From Eledone cirrhosa (Eukaryota), in the NCBI GenBank assembly GCA_964016885.1, contig OZ024743.1, positions 297,724,001 through 297,788,000 of the forward strand: a stretch of 64,000 nt of DNA. The letters are read 5' to 3'. Position numbers and translations under genes: made by a program. Positions 11,200 through 25,757 of the stretch are shown in pieces (position 1 is the stretch's first letter; each line of letters begins with the position of its first letter). The notes beneath the pieces were generated by a model. The model saw nothing but the letters and a program-made list of their open reading frames with translations, did not search any database and had not been told where the DNA came from.

Positions 11200-12646
11200 A
11201 AAGACCTTCATTTTGAAGTAGATGAATCAAAATGTTTTTAAATTCATTTTATTTTCATTATACATCTTGCGTTATGTATATATAATTTTGCATTTATTAA
11301 AACAATATACATTCTATAGAGAGTTTACTTCATATATTTAACTGATACTTCAAGTTCTGTTATAAATACTGCTATCTAAAACAAATAAAATCACATCTTT
11401 TCTTCTGCTATTGCTACTTGTTCTCATTCACCATATATCGTAGATGAGATAGAGATTCATACATACACTACAAACTATCATACTAATCCCCATAAACAAC
11501 CTTATTATTGATAATCTAATAGAAAATCATAGTAAAATAAAACAAGTTAATTGAAATCTACTGTGTTTTATTGAGTAACTGAAATATCAAACAATGATAG
11601 TTCGATTAAAATCAAATAAATAAAATAGAAAATACATTATTGTAATTTTCGAAGAAAAACTGTTCGCAATCACGTCGAAACTTCCCAATAAGCGATGAAA
11701 TGTAATTACAATTAGTAGCCTACCTTGTCCTGTTCTTATAAAAAGAGACATTTGAATCCCCATACAATTTAAAAGCGAATATTTACAAAATTAGATGGAA
11801 TCATGATGGCAGAATTACCCTTAGATGCACGTAAAAGACGTGATAATAGAAATATTTCAAACCGAGCCGTCTTTAAAATATAGTGAGTATATTATTCCAG
11901 GCATCAATTGGATTTCAGTAATACTACCATTGACAAAATAATTAACTTGTGTTATAAAAGGTAACATTATCACAATGAACGTTACATTTGTAAAACCTCT
12001 CTACTCAAATGCTTTCTTATGACGTTACAACATATATATTTTTATATTTAGATTGGACGAATTAGTTTAGCATTTCTCACTTTAGTCAAGAAATGAGAAC
12101 ATCGCTAAGGAAGGAAATAAGCTGATATAGTAAGGTAGTGTGTAAGATAGTGTGTAAATAGTGTTGAAATCGAATGAAGAGGACATTTGGTTAAACACTG
12201 AATGTGATTAATAATGGATTGAAATGCTCCAATTTTTACTTTCAGATCTCTGGCATTCCTGTACTTTCCAGTTCTATTTCTTGATAATCAAATGGTCTAT
12301 TTTATTTTTAACATAGCAAGAAAGAGTTTCAATCTTGTAGTTTCGTTATTGTTTCTTTATATTTGTGAGATCATATCTAACAATGTATAAAAAATATCTC
12401 TGAATATACTTTTAAAAGAATCTATTGCATACATGAGTTCAGAATAATTAGATGTAGTCATTGACGAGAGGAAAGAACCGATTAGAGTGGGAGAAACTGG
12501 AAAACACGCAAAACCAAAGATATTGTTACAGACAAATTATAGCCTTTTCAAATGAAAAATAATGAGAAATAATGAATCGAGCGTGTAAGGAATTGAAGAT
12601 TAAATAAGGCTTACTAGACTAAACTTAAATATTACGGCAAAAACTA

Positions 12647-12728
12647 CGACGAAGATGAGATTCGAACTCATGCGGGACGATCCAAATGTATTAGCAGTCC
12701 ATCGCCTAAACCACTCGGCCACCTCGTC
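12647..12728 (-). tRNA. tRNA-Ser(GCT), boxes intact, G30-A40 mismatch
   Basis: A box TGGCCGAGTGG and B box GTTCGAATC present. Confidence 0.7.
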
Positions 12729-13201
12729 AATTTTGATAAGAAAAGTGGAACTCTTCACATAGAAAACTGAAGTTTGAAATAAACGTTTATGAATATAATC
12801 GCTTGAAAGTTGATAATTTGGTGATAGAAGAATGTCAGCATTCTCATTCTATGATAGTATGGGAGAACCAAAGATTACCAACTATTTTAAAGTATGAAAG
12901 GAAGTAATCACTAAAATTGTTTTAAGTTATTTTATGGTTGTGTTTAAGAAACCTAAGACTAGTTTTAAGGGAAGAGAGATTGGAATTAAGATTTCCCCCA
13001 GACCAACATCGAATGATAACATCTCTTCTATGCTATTACAATTTACTTGATTTCCAGTGAAATTGAATTAAATATCCAAATGTTAGTTAATTTTCCGGAC
13101 AAAATGTTGTCATCGACACGGAAGAATTAGAGTGACATTGAACGATAATATTGTCTAAAACATACCTATACTAATTTAAATTGACAACCATTGATTAAAC
13201 T

Positions 13202-13274
13202 GGGCTTGTGGCGCAATGGATAACGCACCTGACTACGGATCAGGAGATTCCAGGTTCGACTCCTGGCAAGCTCG
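13202..13274 (+). tRNA. tRNA-Arg(ACG)
   Basis: Cloverleaf intact; A26 variant. Confidence 0.92.
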
Positions 13275-14730
13275 AAAGATATTCATTTTGAAGTAGATGA
13301 ATCAAAATGTTTTTAAATTCATTTTATTTTCATTATATATCTTGCGTATTAGATAGTTATGTATATATAATGTTGCATTTATTAAAACAATATACATTCT
13401 ATAGAGAGTTTACTTCATATATTTAACTGATACTTCAAGTTCTGTTATAAATACTGCTATCTAAAACAAATAAAAATCACATCTTTTCTTCTGCTATTGC
13501 TACTTGTTCTCATTCACCATATATCGTAGATGAGATAGAGATTCATACATACACTACAAACTATCATACTAATCCCCATAAACAACCTTATTATTGATAA
13601 TCTAATAGAAAATCATAGTAAAATAAAACAAGTTAATTGAAATCTACTGTGTTTTATTGAGTAATTGAAATATCAAACAATGATAATTCGATTAAAATCA
13701 AATAAATAAAATAGAAAATACATTATTATAATTTTCGAAGAAAAACGGTTCACAATCACGTCGAAACTTCCCAATAAGCGATGAAATGTAATTACAATTA
13801 GTAGCCTACCTTGTCCTGTTCTTATAAAAAGACACATTTGAATCCCCATACAATTTAAAAGGGAATATTTACAAAATTAGATGGAATCATGATGGCAGAA
13901 TTTCCCTTAGATGCACGTAAAAGACGTGATAATAGAAATATTTCAAACCGAGCCGTCTTTAAAATATAGTGAGTATATTATTCCAGGCATCAATTGGATT
14001 TCAGTAATACTACCATTGACAAAATAATTAACTTGTGTTATAAAAGGTAACATCATCACAATGAACGTTACATTTGTAAAACCTCTCTACTCAAATGCTT
14101 TCCTATGACGTTACAACATATATATTTTTATATTTAGATTGGACGAATTAGTTTAGCATTTCTCACTTTAGTCAAGAAATGAGAACATCGCTAAGGAAGG
14201 AAATAAGCTGATATAGTAAGGTAGTGTGTAAGATAGTGTGTAAATAGTGTTGAAATCGAATGAAGAGGACATTTGGTTAAACACTGAATGTGATTAATAA
14301 TGTATTGAAATGCTCCAATTTTTACTTTCAGATCTCTGGCATTCCTGTACTTTCCAGTTCTATTTCTTGATAATCAAATGGTCTATTTTATTTTTAACAT
14401 AGCAAGAAAGAGTTTCAATCTTGTAGTTTCGTTATTGTTTCTTCATATTTGTGAGATCATATCTAACAATCTATACAAAATATCTCTGAATAGACTTTTA
14501 AAAGAATCTATTGCATACATGAGTTTAGAATAATTAGATGTAGTCATTGACGAGAGGAAAGAAGCGATGAGAGTGAGAGAAACTGGAAAACACGCAAAAC
14601 CAAAGATATTGTTAGACAAATTATTGCCTTTTCAAATGAAAAATAATGAGAATAAAAGAATCGAGCGTGTAAGGAATTGAAGATTAAATAAGACTTACTA
14701 GACTAAACTTAAATATTATGGCAAAAACTG

Positions 14731-14812
14731 CGACGAAGATAAGATTCAAACTCATGCGGCACGATCCCAATGAATTAGCAGTCCATCGCCTAAACCACTC
14801 GGCCACCTCGTC
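14731..14812 (-). pseudogene. tRNA-Ser(GCT)-like, C56T plus stem mismatches
   Basis: Same 82-nt body with T loop TTTGAAT. Confidence 0.75.
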
Positions 14813-15285
14813 AATTTTGATAAGAAAAGTGGAACTCTTCACATAGAAAACTGAAGTTTGAAATAAACGTTTATGAATATAATCGCTTGAAAGTTGATAA
14901 TTTGGTGATAGAAGAATGTCAGCATTCTTATTCTATGATAGTATGGGAGAACGAAAGATTACCAACTATTTTAAAGTATGAAAGGAAGTAATCACTAAAA
15001 TTGTTTTAAGTTATTTTATGGTTGTGTTTAAAAAACCTAAGACTGGTTTTAAGGGAAGACAGATTGGAATTAAGATTTCCCCCAGACCAACATCGAATGA
15101 TAACATGTCTTCTATGCTATTACAATTTACATGATTTCCAGTGAATTGAAATTAAATATCCAAATGTAAGTTAATTTTCCGGACAAAATGTTGTCGTCGA
15201 CACGGAAGAATTAGAGTGACATTCAACGATTATATTGTCTAAAACATACCTATACTAATTTAAATTGACAACCATTGGACGAACT

Positions 15286-15358
15286 TGGCTTGTGGCGCAA
15301 TGGATAACGCGCCTGACTACTGATCAGGAGATTCCAGGTTCGACTCCTGGCAAGCTCG
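15286..15358 (+). tRNA. tRNA-Arg body with anticodon ACT and G1T
   Basis: CCTGA-CT-ACT-GA-TCAGG; anticodon at 15319-15321. Confidence 0.8.
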
Positions 15359-16815
15359 AAAGATCTTTATTTTGAAGTAGATGTATCAAAATGTTTTTAA
15401 AATCATTTTATTTTCATTATATATCTTGCGTATTAGATAGTTATGTGTATATAATTTTGCATTTATTAAAACAATATACATTCTATAGAGAGTTTACTTC
15501 ATATATTTAACTGATACTTCAAGTTCTGTTATAAATACTGCTATCTAAAACATATAAAATCACATCTTTTCTTCTGCTATTGCTACTTGTTCTCATTCAC
15601 CATATATCGTAGATGAGATAGAGATTCATACATACACTACAAACTATCATACTAATCCCCATAAACAACCTTATTATTGATAATCTAATAGAAAATCATA
15701 GTAAAATAAAACAAGTTAATTGAAATCTACTGTGTTTTATTGAGTAACTGAAATATCAAACAATGATAGTTCGATTAAAATCAAATAAATAAAATAGAAA
15801 ATACATTATTATAATTTTCGAAGAAAAACGGTTCACAATCACGTCGAAACTTCCCAATAAGCGATGAAATGTAATTACAATTAGTAGCCTACCTTGTCCT
15901 GTTCTTATAAAAAGAGACGTTTGAATCCCCATACAATTTAAAAGCGAATATTTACAAAATTAGATGGAATCATGATGGCAGAATTACCCTTAGATGCACG
16001 TAAAAGACGTGATAATAGAAATATTTCAAACCGAGCCGTCTTTAAAATATAGTGAGTATATTATTCCAGGCATCAATTGGATTTCAGTAATACTACCATT
16101 GACAAAATAATTAACTTGTGTTATAAAAGGTAACATTATCACAATGAACGTTACATTTGTAAAACCTCTCTACTCAAATGCTTTCTTATGACGTTACAAC
16201 ATATATATTTTTATATTTAGATTGGACGAATTAGTTTAGCATTTCTCACTTTAGTCAAGAAATGAGAACATCGCTAAGGAAGGAAATAAGCTGATATAGT
16301 AAGGTAGTGTGTAAGATAGTGTGTAAATAGTGTTGAAATCGAATGAAGAGGACATTTGGTTAAACACTGAATGTGATTAATAATGGATTGAAATGCTCCA
16401 ATTTTTACTTTCAGATCTCTGGCATTCCTGTACTTTCCAGTTCTATTTCTTGATAATCAAATGGTCTATTTTATTTTTAACATAGCAAGAAAGAGTTTCA
16501 ATCTTGTAGTTTCGTTATTGTTTCTTTATATTTGTGAGATCATATCTAACAATGTATAAAAAATATCTCTGAATATACTTTTAAAAGAATCTATTGCATA
16601 CATGAGTTCAGAATAATTAGATGTAGTCATTGACGAGAGGAAAGAACCGATTAGAGTGGGAGAAACTGGAAAACACGCAAAACCAAAGATATTGTTACAG
16701 ACAAATTATAGCCTTTTCAAATGAAAAATAATGAGAAATAATGAATCGAGCGTGTAAGGAATTGAAGATTAAATAAGGCTTACTAGACTAAACTTAAATA
16801 TTACGGCAAAAACTA

Positions 16816-16897
16816 CGACGAAGATGAGATTCGAACTCATGCGGGACGATCCAAATGTATTAGCAGTCCATCGCCTAAACCACTCGGCCACCTCGTC
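16816..16897 (-). tRNA. tRNA-Ser(GCT), boxes intact, G30-A40 mismatch
   Basis: Same as the copy at 12647. Confidence 0.7.
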
Positions 16898-17370
16898 AAT
16901 TTTGATAAGAAAAGTGGAACTCTTCACATAGAAAACTGAAGTTTGAAATAAACGTTTATGAATATAATCGCTTGAAAGTTGATAATTTGGTGATAGAAGA
17001 ATGTCAGCATTCTCATTCTATGATAGTATGGGAGAACCAAAGATTACCAACTATTTTAAAGTATGAAAGGAAGTAATCACTAAAATTGTTTTAAGTTATT
17101 TTATGGTTGTGTTTAAGAAACCTAAGACTAGTTTTAAGGGAAGAGAGATTGGAATTAAGATTTCCCCCAGACCAACATCGAATGATAACATCTCTTCTAT
17201 GCTATTACAATTTACTTGATTTCCAGTGAAATTGAATTAAATATCCAAATGTTAGTTAATTTTCCGGACAAAATGTTGTCATCGACACGGAAGAATTAGA
17301 GTGACATTGAACGATAATATTGTCTAAAACATACCTATACTAATTTAAATTGACAACCATTGATTAAACT

Positions 17371-17443
17371 GGGCTTGTGGCGCAATGGATAACGCACCTG
17401 ACTACGGATCAGGAGATTCCAGGTTCGACTCCTGGCAAGCTCG
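17371..17443 (+). tRNA. tRNA-Arg(ACG)
   Basis: Same as the copy at 13202. Confidence 0.92.
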
Positions 17444-18899
17444 AAAGATATTCATTTTGAAGTAGATGAATCAAAATGTTTTTAAATTCATTTTATTTTC
17501 ATTATATATCTTGCGTATTAGATAGTTATGTATATATAATGTTGCATTTATTAAAACAATATACATTCTATAGAGAGTTTACTTCATATATTTAACTGAT
17601 ACTTCAAGTTCTGTTATAAATACTGCTATCTAAAACAAATAAAAATCACATCTTTTCTTCTGCTATTGCTACTTGTTCTCATTCACCATATATCGTAGAT
17701 GAGATAGAGATTCATACATACACTACAAACTATCATACTAATCCCCATAAACAACCTTATTATTGATAATCTAATAGAAAATCATAGTAAAATAAAACAA
17801 GTTAATTGAAATCTACTGTGTTTTATTGAGTAATTGAAATATCAAACAATGATAATTCGATTAAAATCAAATAAATAAAATAGAAAATACATTATTATAA
17901 TTTTCGAAGAAAAACGGTTCACAATCACGTCGAAACTTCCCAATAAGCGATGAAATGTAATTACAATTAGTAGCCTACCTTGTCCTGTTCTTATAAAAAG
18001 ACACATTTGAATCCCCATACAATTTAAAAGGGAATATTTACAAAATTAGATGGAATCATGATGGCAGAATTTCCCTTAGATGCACGTAAAAGACGTGATA
18101 ATAGAAATATTTCAAACCGAGCCGTCTTTAAAATATAGTGAGTATATTATTCCAGGCATCAATTGGATTTCAGTAATACTACCATTGACAAAATAATTAA
18201 CTTGTGTTATAAAAGGTAACATCATCACAATGAACGTTACATTTGTAAAACCTCTCTACTCAAATGCTTTCCTATGACGTTACAACATATATATTTTTAT
18301 ATTTAGATTGGACGAATTAGTTTAGCATTTCTCACTTTAGTCAAGAAATGAGAACATCGCTAAGGAAGGAAATAAGCTGATATAGTAAGGTAGTGTGTAA
18401 GATAGTGTGTAAATAGTGTTGAAATCGAATGAAGAGGACATTTGGTTAAACACTGAATGTGATTAATAATGTATTGAAATGCTCCAATTTTTACTTTCAG
18501 ATCTCTGGCATTCCTGTACTTTCCAGTTCTATTTCTTGATAATCAAATGGTCTATTTTATTTTTAACATAGCAAGAAAGAGTTTCAATCTTGTAGTTTCG
18601 TTATTGTTTCTTCATATTTGTGAGATCATATCTAACAATCTATACAAAATATCTCTGAATAGACTTTTAAAAGAATCTATTGCATACATGAGTTTAGAAT
18701 AATTAGATGTAGTCATTGACGAGAGGAAAGAAGCGATGAGAGTGAGAGAAACTGGAAAACACGCAAAACCAAAGATATTGTTAGACAAATTATTGCCTTT
18801 TCAAATGAAAAATAATGAGAATAAAAGAATCGAGCGTGTAAGGAATTGAAGATTAAATAAGACTTACTAGACTAAACTTAAATATTATGGCAAAAACTG

Positions 18900-18981
18900 C
18901 GACGAAGATAAGATTCAAACTCATGCGGCACGATCCCAATGAATTAGCAGTCCATCGCCTAAACCACTCGGCCACCTCGTC
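18900..18981 (-). pseudogene. tRNA-Ser(GCT)-like, C56T plus stem mismatches
   Basis: Same as the copy at 14731. Confidence 0.75.
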
Positions 18982-19454
18982 AATTTTGATAAGAAAAGTG
19001 GAACTCTTCACATAGAAAACTGAAGTTTGAAATAAACGTTTATGAATATAATCGCTTGAAAGTTGATAATTTGGTGATAGAAGAATGTCAGCATTCTTAT
19101 TCTATGATAGTATGGGAGAACGAAAGATTACCAACTATTTTAAAGTATGAAAGGAAGTAATCACTAAAATTGTTTTAAGTTATTTTATGGTTGTGTTTAA
19201 AAAACCTAAGACTGGTTTTAAGGGAAGACAGATTGGAATTAAGATTTCCCCCAGACCAACATCGAATGATAACATGTCTTCTATGCTATTACAATTTACA
19301 TGATTTCCAGTGAATTGAAATTAAATATCCAAATGTAAGTTAATTTTCCGGACAAAATGTTGTCGTCGACACGGAAGAATTAGAGTGACATTCAACGATT
19401 ATATTGTCTAAAACATACCTATACTAATTTAAATTGACAACCATTGGACGAACT

Positions 19455-19527
19455 TGGCTTGTGGCGCAATGGATAACGCGCCTGACTACTGATCAGGAGA
19501 TTCCAGGTTCGACTCCTGGCAAGCTCG
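19455..19527 (+). tRNA. tRNA-Arg body with anticodon ACT and G1T
   Basis: Anticodon at 19488-19490; same as the copy at 15286. Confidence 0.8.
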
Positions 19528-20976
19528 AAAGATCTTTATTTTGAAGTAGATGTATCAAAATGTTTTTAAAATCATTTTATTTTCATTATATATCTTGCGT
19601 ATTAGATAGTTATGTGTATATAATTTTGCATTTATTAAAACAATATACATTCTATAGAGAGTTTACTTCATATATTTAACTGATACTTCAAGTTCTGTTA
19701 TAAATACTGCTATCTAAAACATATAAAATCACATCTTTTCTTCTGCTATTGCTACTTGTTCTCATTCACCATATATCGTAGATGAGATAGAGATTCATAC
19801 ATACACTACAAACTATCATACTAATCACCATAAACAACCTTATTATTGATAATCTAATAGAAAATCATAGTAAAATAAAACAAGTTAATTGAAATCTACT
19901 GTGTTTTATTGAGTAATTGAAATATCAAACAATGATAGTTCGATTAAAATCAAATAAATAAAATAGAAAATACATTATTATAATTTTCGAAGAAAAACGG
20001 TTCACAATCACGTCGAAACCTCCCAATAAGCGATGAAATGTAATTACAATTAGTAGCCTACCTTGTCCTGTTCTTATAAAAAGACACATTTGAATCCCCA
20101 TACAATTTAAAGCGAATATTTACAAAATTACATGGAATCATGATGGCAGAATTTCCCTTAGATGCACGTAAAAGACGTGATAATAGAAATATTTCAAACC
20201 GAGCCGTCTTTAAAATATGGTGGGTATATTATTCCAGGCATCATTTGTATTACAGTAATACTACCATTGACAAAATTAACTTGTGTTATAAAAGGTAACA
20301 TTTTCACAATGAACGTTACATTTGTAAAACCTCTCTACTCAAATGCTTTCCTATGACGTCACAACATATATTTTTATATTTAGATTGGACGAATTAGTTT
20401 AGCATTTCTCACTTTAGTCAAGAAATGAGAACATCGCTAAAGAAGGAAATAAGCTGATATATTAAGGTAGTGTGTAAGATAGTGTGTAAATAGTGTTGAA
20501 ATCGAATGAAGAGGACATTTGGTTAAACACTGAATGTGACTAATAATGGATTGAAATGCTCCAATTTTTACTTTCAGGTCTCTGGCATTCCTGTACTTTC
20601 CAGTTCTATTTCTTGATAATCAAATGGTCTATTTTATTTTTAACATAGCAAGAAAGAGTTTCAACCATGTAGTTTCGTTATTGTTTCTTTATATTTGTGA
20701 GATCATATCTAACAATGTATACAAAATATCTCTGAATATACTTTTAAAAGAATCTATTGCATACATGAGTTCATGATAATTAGATGTAGTCATTGACAAG
20801 AGGAAAGAAGCACTGAGAGTGAGAGAAACTGGAAAACACGCAAAACCAAAGATATTGTTAGACAAATTATTGCCTTTTCAAATGAAAAATAATGAGAATA
20901 AAAGAATCGAGCGTGTAAGGAATTGAATATTAAATAAGACTTACTAGACTAAACTTAAATATTATGGCAAAAACTG

Positions 20977-21057
20977 CGACGAAGATGAGATTCAAACTCA
21001 TGTGGCACGATCCCAATGTATTAGCAGTCCATCGCCTAAACCACTCGCCATCTCGTC
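20977..21057 (-). pseudogene. tRNA-Ser(GCT) pseudogene
   Basis: 1-nt A-box/D-stem deletion, C56T, anticodon-stem mismatch. Confidence 0.8.
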
Positions 21058-21530
21058 AATTTTGATAAGAAAAGTGGAACTCTTCACATAGAAAACTGAA
21101 GTTTGAAATAAACGTTTATGAATATAATCGCTTGAAAGTTGATAATTTGGTGATAGAAGAATGTCAGCATTCTCATTCTATGATAGTATAGGAGAACCAA
21201 AGATTACCAACTATTTTAAAGTATGAAAGGAAATAATCACTAAAATTGTTTTAAGTTATTTTATTGTTGTGTTTAAGAAACTTAAGACTGGTTTTAAGGG
21301 AAGACAGATTGGAATTAAGATTTCCCCTAGACCAACATCGAATGATAACATCTCTTCTATGCTATTACAATTTACATGATTTTCAGTGAAATTGAATTAA
21401 ATATCCAAATGTTAGTTAATTCTCCGGACAAAATGTTGTCATCGACACGGAAGAATTAGAGTGACATTGAACGATAATATTGTCTAAAACATACCTACAC
21501 TAATTTAAATTGACAACCATTGAACGTACA

Positions 21531-21603
21531 GGGCTTGTGGCGCAATGGATAACGCGCCTGACTACGGATCAGGAGATTCCAGGTTCGACTCCTGGCAAGC
21601 TCG
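21531..21603 (+). tRNA. tRNA-Arg(ACG), consensus
   Basis: Consensus cloverleaf. Confidence 0.95.
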
Positions 21604-23053
21604 AAAGACTTTCATTTTGAAGTAGATGTATCAAAATGTTTTTAAATTCATTTTATTTTCATTATATATCTTGCGTATTAGATAGTTATGTATATATAAT
21701 TTTGCATTTATTAAAACAATATACATTCTATAGAGAGTTTACTTCATATATTTAACTGATACTTCAAGTTCTGTTATAAATACTGCTATCTAAAACAAAT
21801 AAAAATCACATCTTTTCTTCTGCTATTGCTACTTGTTCTCATTCACCATATATCGTAGATGAGATAGAGATTCATACATACACTACAAACTATCATACTA
21901 ATCACCATAAACAACCTTATTATTGATAATCTAATAGAAAATCATAGTAAAATAAAACAAGTTAATTGAAATCTACTGTGTTTTATTGAGTAATTGAAAT
22001 ATCAAACAATGATAGTTCGATTAAAATCAAATAAATAAAATAGAAAATACATTATTATAATTTTCGAAGAAAAACGGTTCACAATCACGTCGAAACCTCC
22101 CAATAAGCGATGAAATGTAATTACAATTAGTAGCCTACCTTGTCCTGTTCTTATAAACAGACACATTTGAATCCCCATACAATTTAAAGCGAATATTTAC
22201 AAAATTACATGGAATCATGATGGCAGAATTTCCCTTAGATGTACGTAAAAGACGTGATAATAGAAATATTTCAAACCGAGCCGTCTTTAAAATATGGTGG
22301 GTATATTATTCCAGGCATCATTTGTATTACAGTAATACTATCATTGACAAAATTAACTTGTGTTATAAAAGGTAACATTTTCACAATGAACGTTACATTT
22401 GTAAAACCTCTCTACTCAAATGCTTTCCTATGACGTCACAACATATATTTTTATATTTAGATTGGACGAATTAGTTTAGCATTTCTCACTTTAGTCAAGA
22501 AATGAGAACATCGCTAAAGAAGGAAATAAGCTGATATATTAAGGTAGTGTGTAAGATAGTGTGTAAATAGTGTTGAAATCGAATGAAGAGGACATTTGGT
22601 TAAACACTGAATGTGACTAATAATGGATTGAAATGCTCCAATTTTTACTTTCAGATCTCTGGCATTCCTGTACTTTCCAGTTCTATTTCTTGATAATCAA
22701 ATGGTCTATTTTATTTTTAACATAGCAAGAAAGAGTTTCAATCATGTAGTTTCGTTATTGTTTCTTTATATTTGTGAGATCATATCTAACAATGTATACA
22801 AAATATCTCTGAATATACTTTTAAAAGAATCTATTGCATACATGAGTTCATGAATATTAGATATAGTCATTGACGAGAGGAAAGAAGCACTGAGAGTGAG
22901 AGAAACTGGAAAACACGCAAAACCAAAGATATTGTTAGACAAATTATTGCCTTTTCAAATGAAAAATAATGAGAATAAAAGAATCGAGCGTGTAAGGAAT
23001 TGAATATTAAATAAGACTTACTAGACTAAACTTAAATATTATGGCAAAAACTG

Positions 23054-23134
23054 CGACGAAGATGAGATTCAAACTCATGTGGCACGATCCCAATGTATTA
23101 GCAGTCCATCGCCTAAACCACTCGCCATCTCGTC
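23054..23134 (-). pseudogene. tRNA-Ser(GCT) pseudogene
   Basis: A-box deletion, C56T. Confidence 0.8.
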
Positions 23135-23607
23135 AATTTTGATAAGAAAAGTGGAACTCTTCACATAGAAAACTGAAGTTTGAAATAAACGTTTATGAAT
23201 ATAATCGCTTGAAAGTTGATAATTTGGTGATAGAAGAATGTCAGCATTCTCATTCTATGATAGTATGGGAGAACGAAAGATTACCAACTATTTTAAAGTA
23301 TGAAAGGAAATAATCACTAAAATTGTTTTAAGTTATTTTATTGTTGTGTTTAAGAAACTTAAGACTGGTTTTAAGGGAAGACAGATTGGAATTAAGATTT
23401 CCCCCAGACCAACATCGAATGATAACATCTCTTCTATGCTATTACAATTTACATGATTTTCAGTGAACTTGAATTAAATATCCAAATGTTTGTTAATTCT
23501 CCGGACAAAATGTTGTCATCGACACGGAAGAATTAGAGTGACATTGAACGATAATATTGTCTAAAACATACCTACACTAATTTAAATTGACAACCATTGA
23601 ACGTACA

Positions 23608-23680
23608 GGGCTTGTGGCGCAATGGATAACGCGCCTGACTACGGATCAGGAGATTCCAGGTTCGACTCCTGGCAAGCTCG
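23608..23680 (+). tRNA. tRNA-Arg(ACG), consensus
   Basis: Consensus cloverleaf. Confidence 0.95.
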
Positions 23681-25130
23681 AAAGACTTTCATTTTCAAGT
23701 AGATGTATCAAAATGTTTTTAAATTCATTTTATTTTCATTATATATCTTGCGTATTAGATAGTTATGTATATATAATTTTGCATTTATTAAAACAATATA
23801 CATTCTATAGAGAGTTTACTTCATATATTTAACTGATACTTCAAGTTCTGTTATAAATACTGCTATCTAAAACAAATAAAAATCACATCTTTTCTTCTGC
23901 TATTGCTACTTGTTCTCATTCACCATATATCGTAGATGAGATAGAGATTCATACATACACTACAAACTATCATACTAATCACCATAAACAACCTTATTAT
24001 TGATAATCTAATAGAAAATCATAGTAAAATAAAACAAGTTAATTGAAATCTACTGTGTTTTATTGAGTAATTGAAATATCAAACAATGATAGTTCGATTA
24101 AAATCAAATAAATAAAATAGAAAATACATTATTATAATTTTCGAAGAAAAACGGTTCACAATCACGTCGAAACCTCCCAATAAGCGATGAAATGTAATTA
24201 CAATTAGTAGCCTACCTTGTCCTGTTCTTATAAACAGACACATTTGAATCCCCATACAATTTAAAGCGAATATTTACAAAATTACATGGAATCATGATGG
24301 CAGAATTTCCCTTAGATGTACGTAAAAGACGTGATAATAGAAATATTTCAAACCGAGCCGTCTTTAAAATATGGTGGGTATATTATTCCAGGCATCATTT
24401 GTATTACAGTAATACTACCATTGACAAAATTAACTTGTGTTATAAAAGGTAACATTTTCACAATGAACGTTACATTTGTAAAACCTCTCTACTCAAATGC
24501 TTTCCTATGACGTCACAACATATATTTTTATATTTAGATTGGACGAATTAGTTTAGCATTTCTCACTTTAGTCAAGAAATGAGAACATCGCTAAAGAAGG
24601 AAATAAGCTGATATATTAAGGTAGTGTGTAAGATAGTGTGTAAATAGTGTTGAAATCGAATGAAGAGGACATTTGGTTAAACACTGAATGTGACTAATAA
24701 TGGATTGAAATGCTCCAATTTTTACTTTCAGATCTCTGGCATTCCTGTACTTTCCAGTTCTATTTCTGGATAATCAAATGGTCTATTTTATTTTTAACAT
24801 AGCAAGAAAGAGTTTCAATCATGTAGTTTCGTTATTGTTTCTTTATATTTGTGAGATCTTATCTAACAATGTATACAAAATATCTCTGAATATACTTTTA
24901 AAAGAATCTATTGCATACATGAGTTCATGATAATTAGATGTAGTCATTGACGAGAGGAAAGAAGCACTGAGAGTGAGAGAAACTGGAAAACACGCAAAAC
25001 CAAAGATATTGTTAGACAAATTATTGCCTTTTCAAATGAAAAATAATGAGAATAAAAGAATCGAGCGTGTAAGGAATTGAATATTAAATAAGACTTACTA
25101 GACTAAACTTAAATATTATGGCAAAAACTG

Positions 25131-25211
25131 CGCCGAAGATGAGATTCAAACTCATGTGGCACGATCCAAATGGATTAGCAGTCCATCGCCTAAACCACTC
25201 GCCATCTCGTC
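25131..25211 (-). pseudogene. tRNA-Ser(GCT) pseudogene
   Basis: A-box deletion, C56T, acceptor-stem mismatch. Confidence 0.8.
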
Positions 25212-25684
25212 AATTTTGATAAGAAAAGTGGAACTCTTCACATAGAAAACTGAAGTTTGAAATAAACGTTTATGAATATAATCGCTTGAAAGTTGATAAT
25301 TTGGTGATAGAAGAATGTCAGCATTCTCATTCTATGATAGTATGGGAGAACCAAAGATTACCAACTATTTTAAAGTATGAAAGGAAATAATCACTAAAAT
25401 TGTTTTAAGTTATTTTATTGTTGTGTTTAAGAAACTTAAGACTGGTTTTAAGGGAAGACAGATTGGAATTAAGATTTCCCCTAGACCAACATCGAATGAT
25501 AACATCTCTTCTATGCTATTACAATTTACATGATTTTCAGTGAAATTGAATTAAATATCCAAATGTTAGTTAATTCTCCGGACAAAATGTTGTCATCGAC
25601 ACGGAAGAATTAGAGTGACATTGAACGATAATATTGTCTAAAACATACCTACACTAATTTAAATTGACAACCATTGAACGTACA

Positions 25685-25757
25685 GGGCTTGTGGCGCAAT
25701 GGATAACGCGTCTGACTACGGATCAGGAGATTCCAGGTTCGACTCCTGGCAAGCTCT
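25685..25757 (+). tRNA. tRNA-Arg(ACG), T27 and T73 variant
   Basis: Cloverleaf intact; discriminator base T. Confidence 0.88.
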
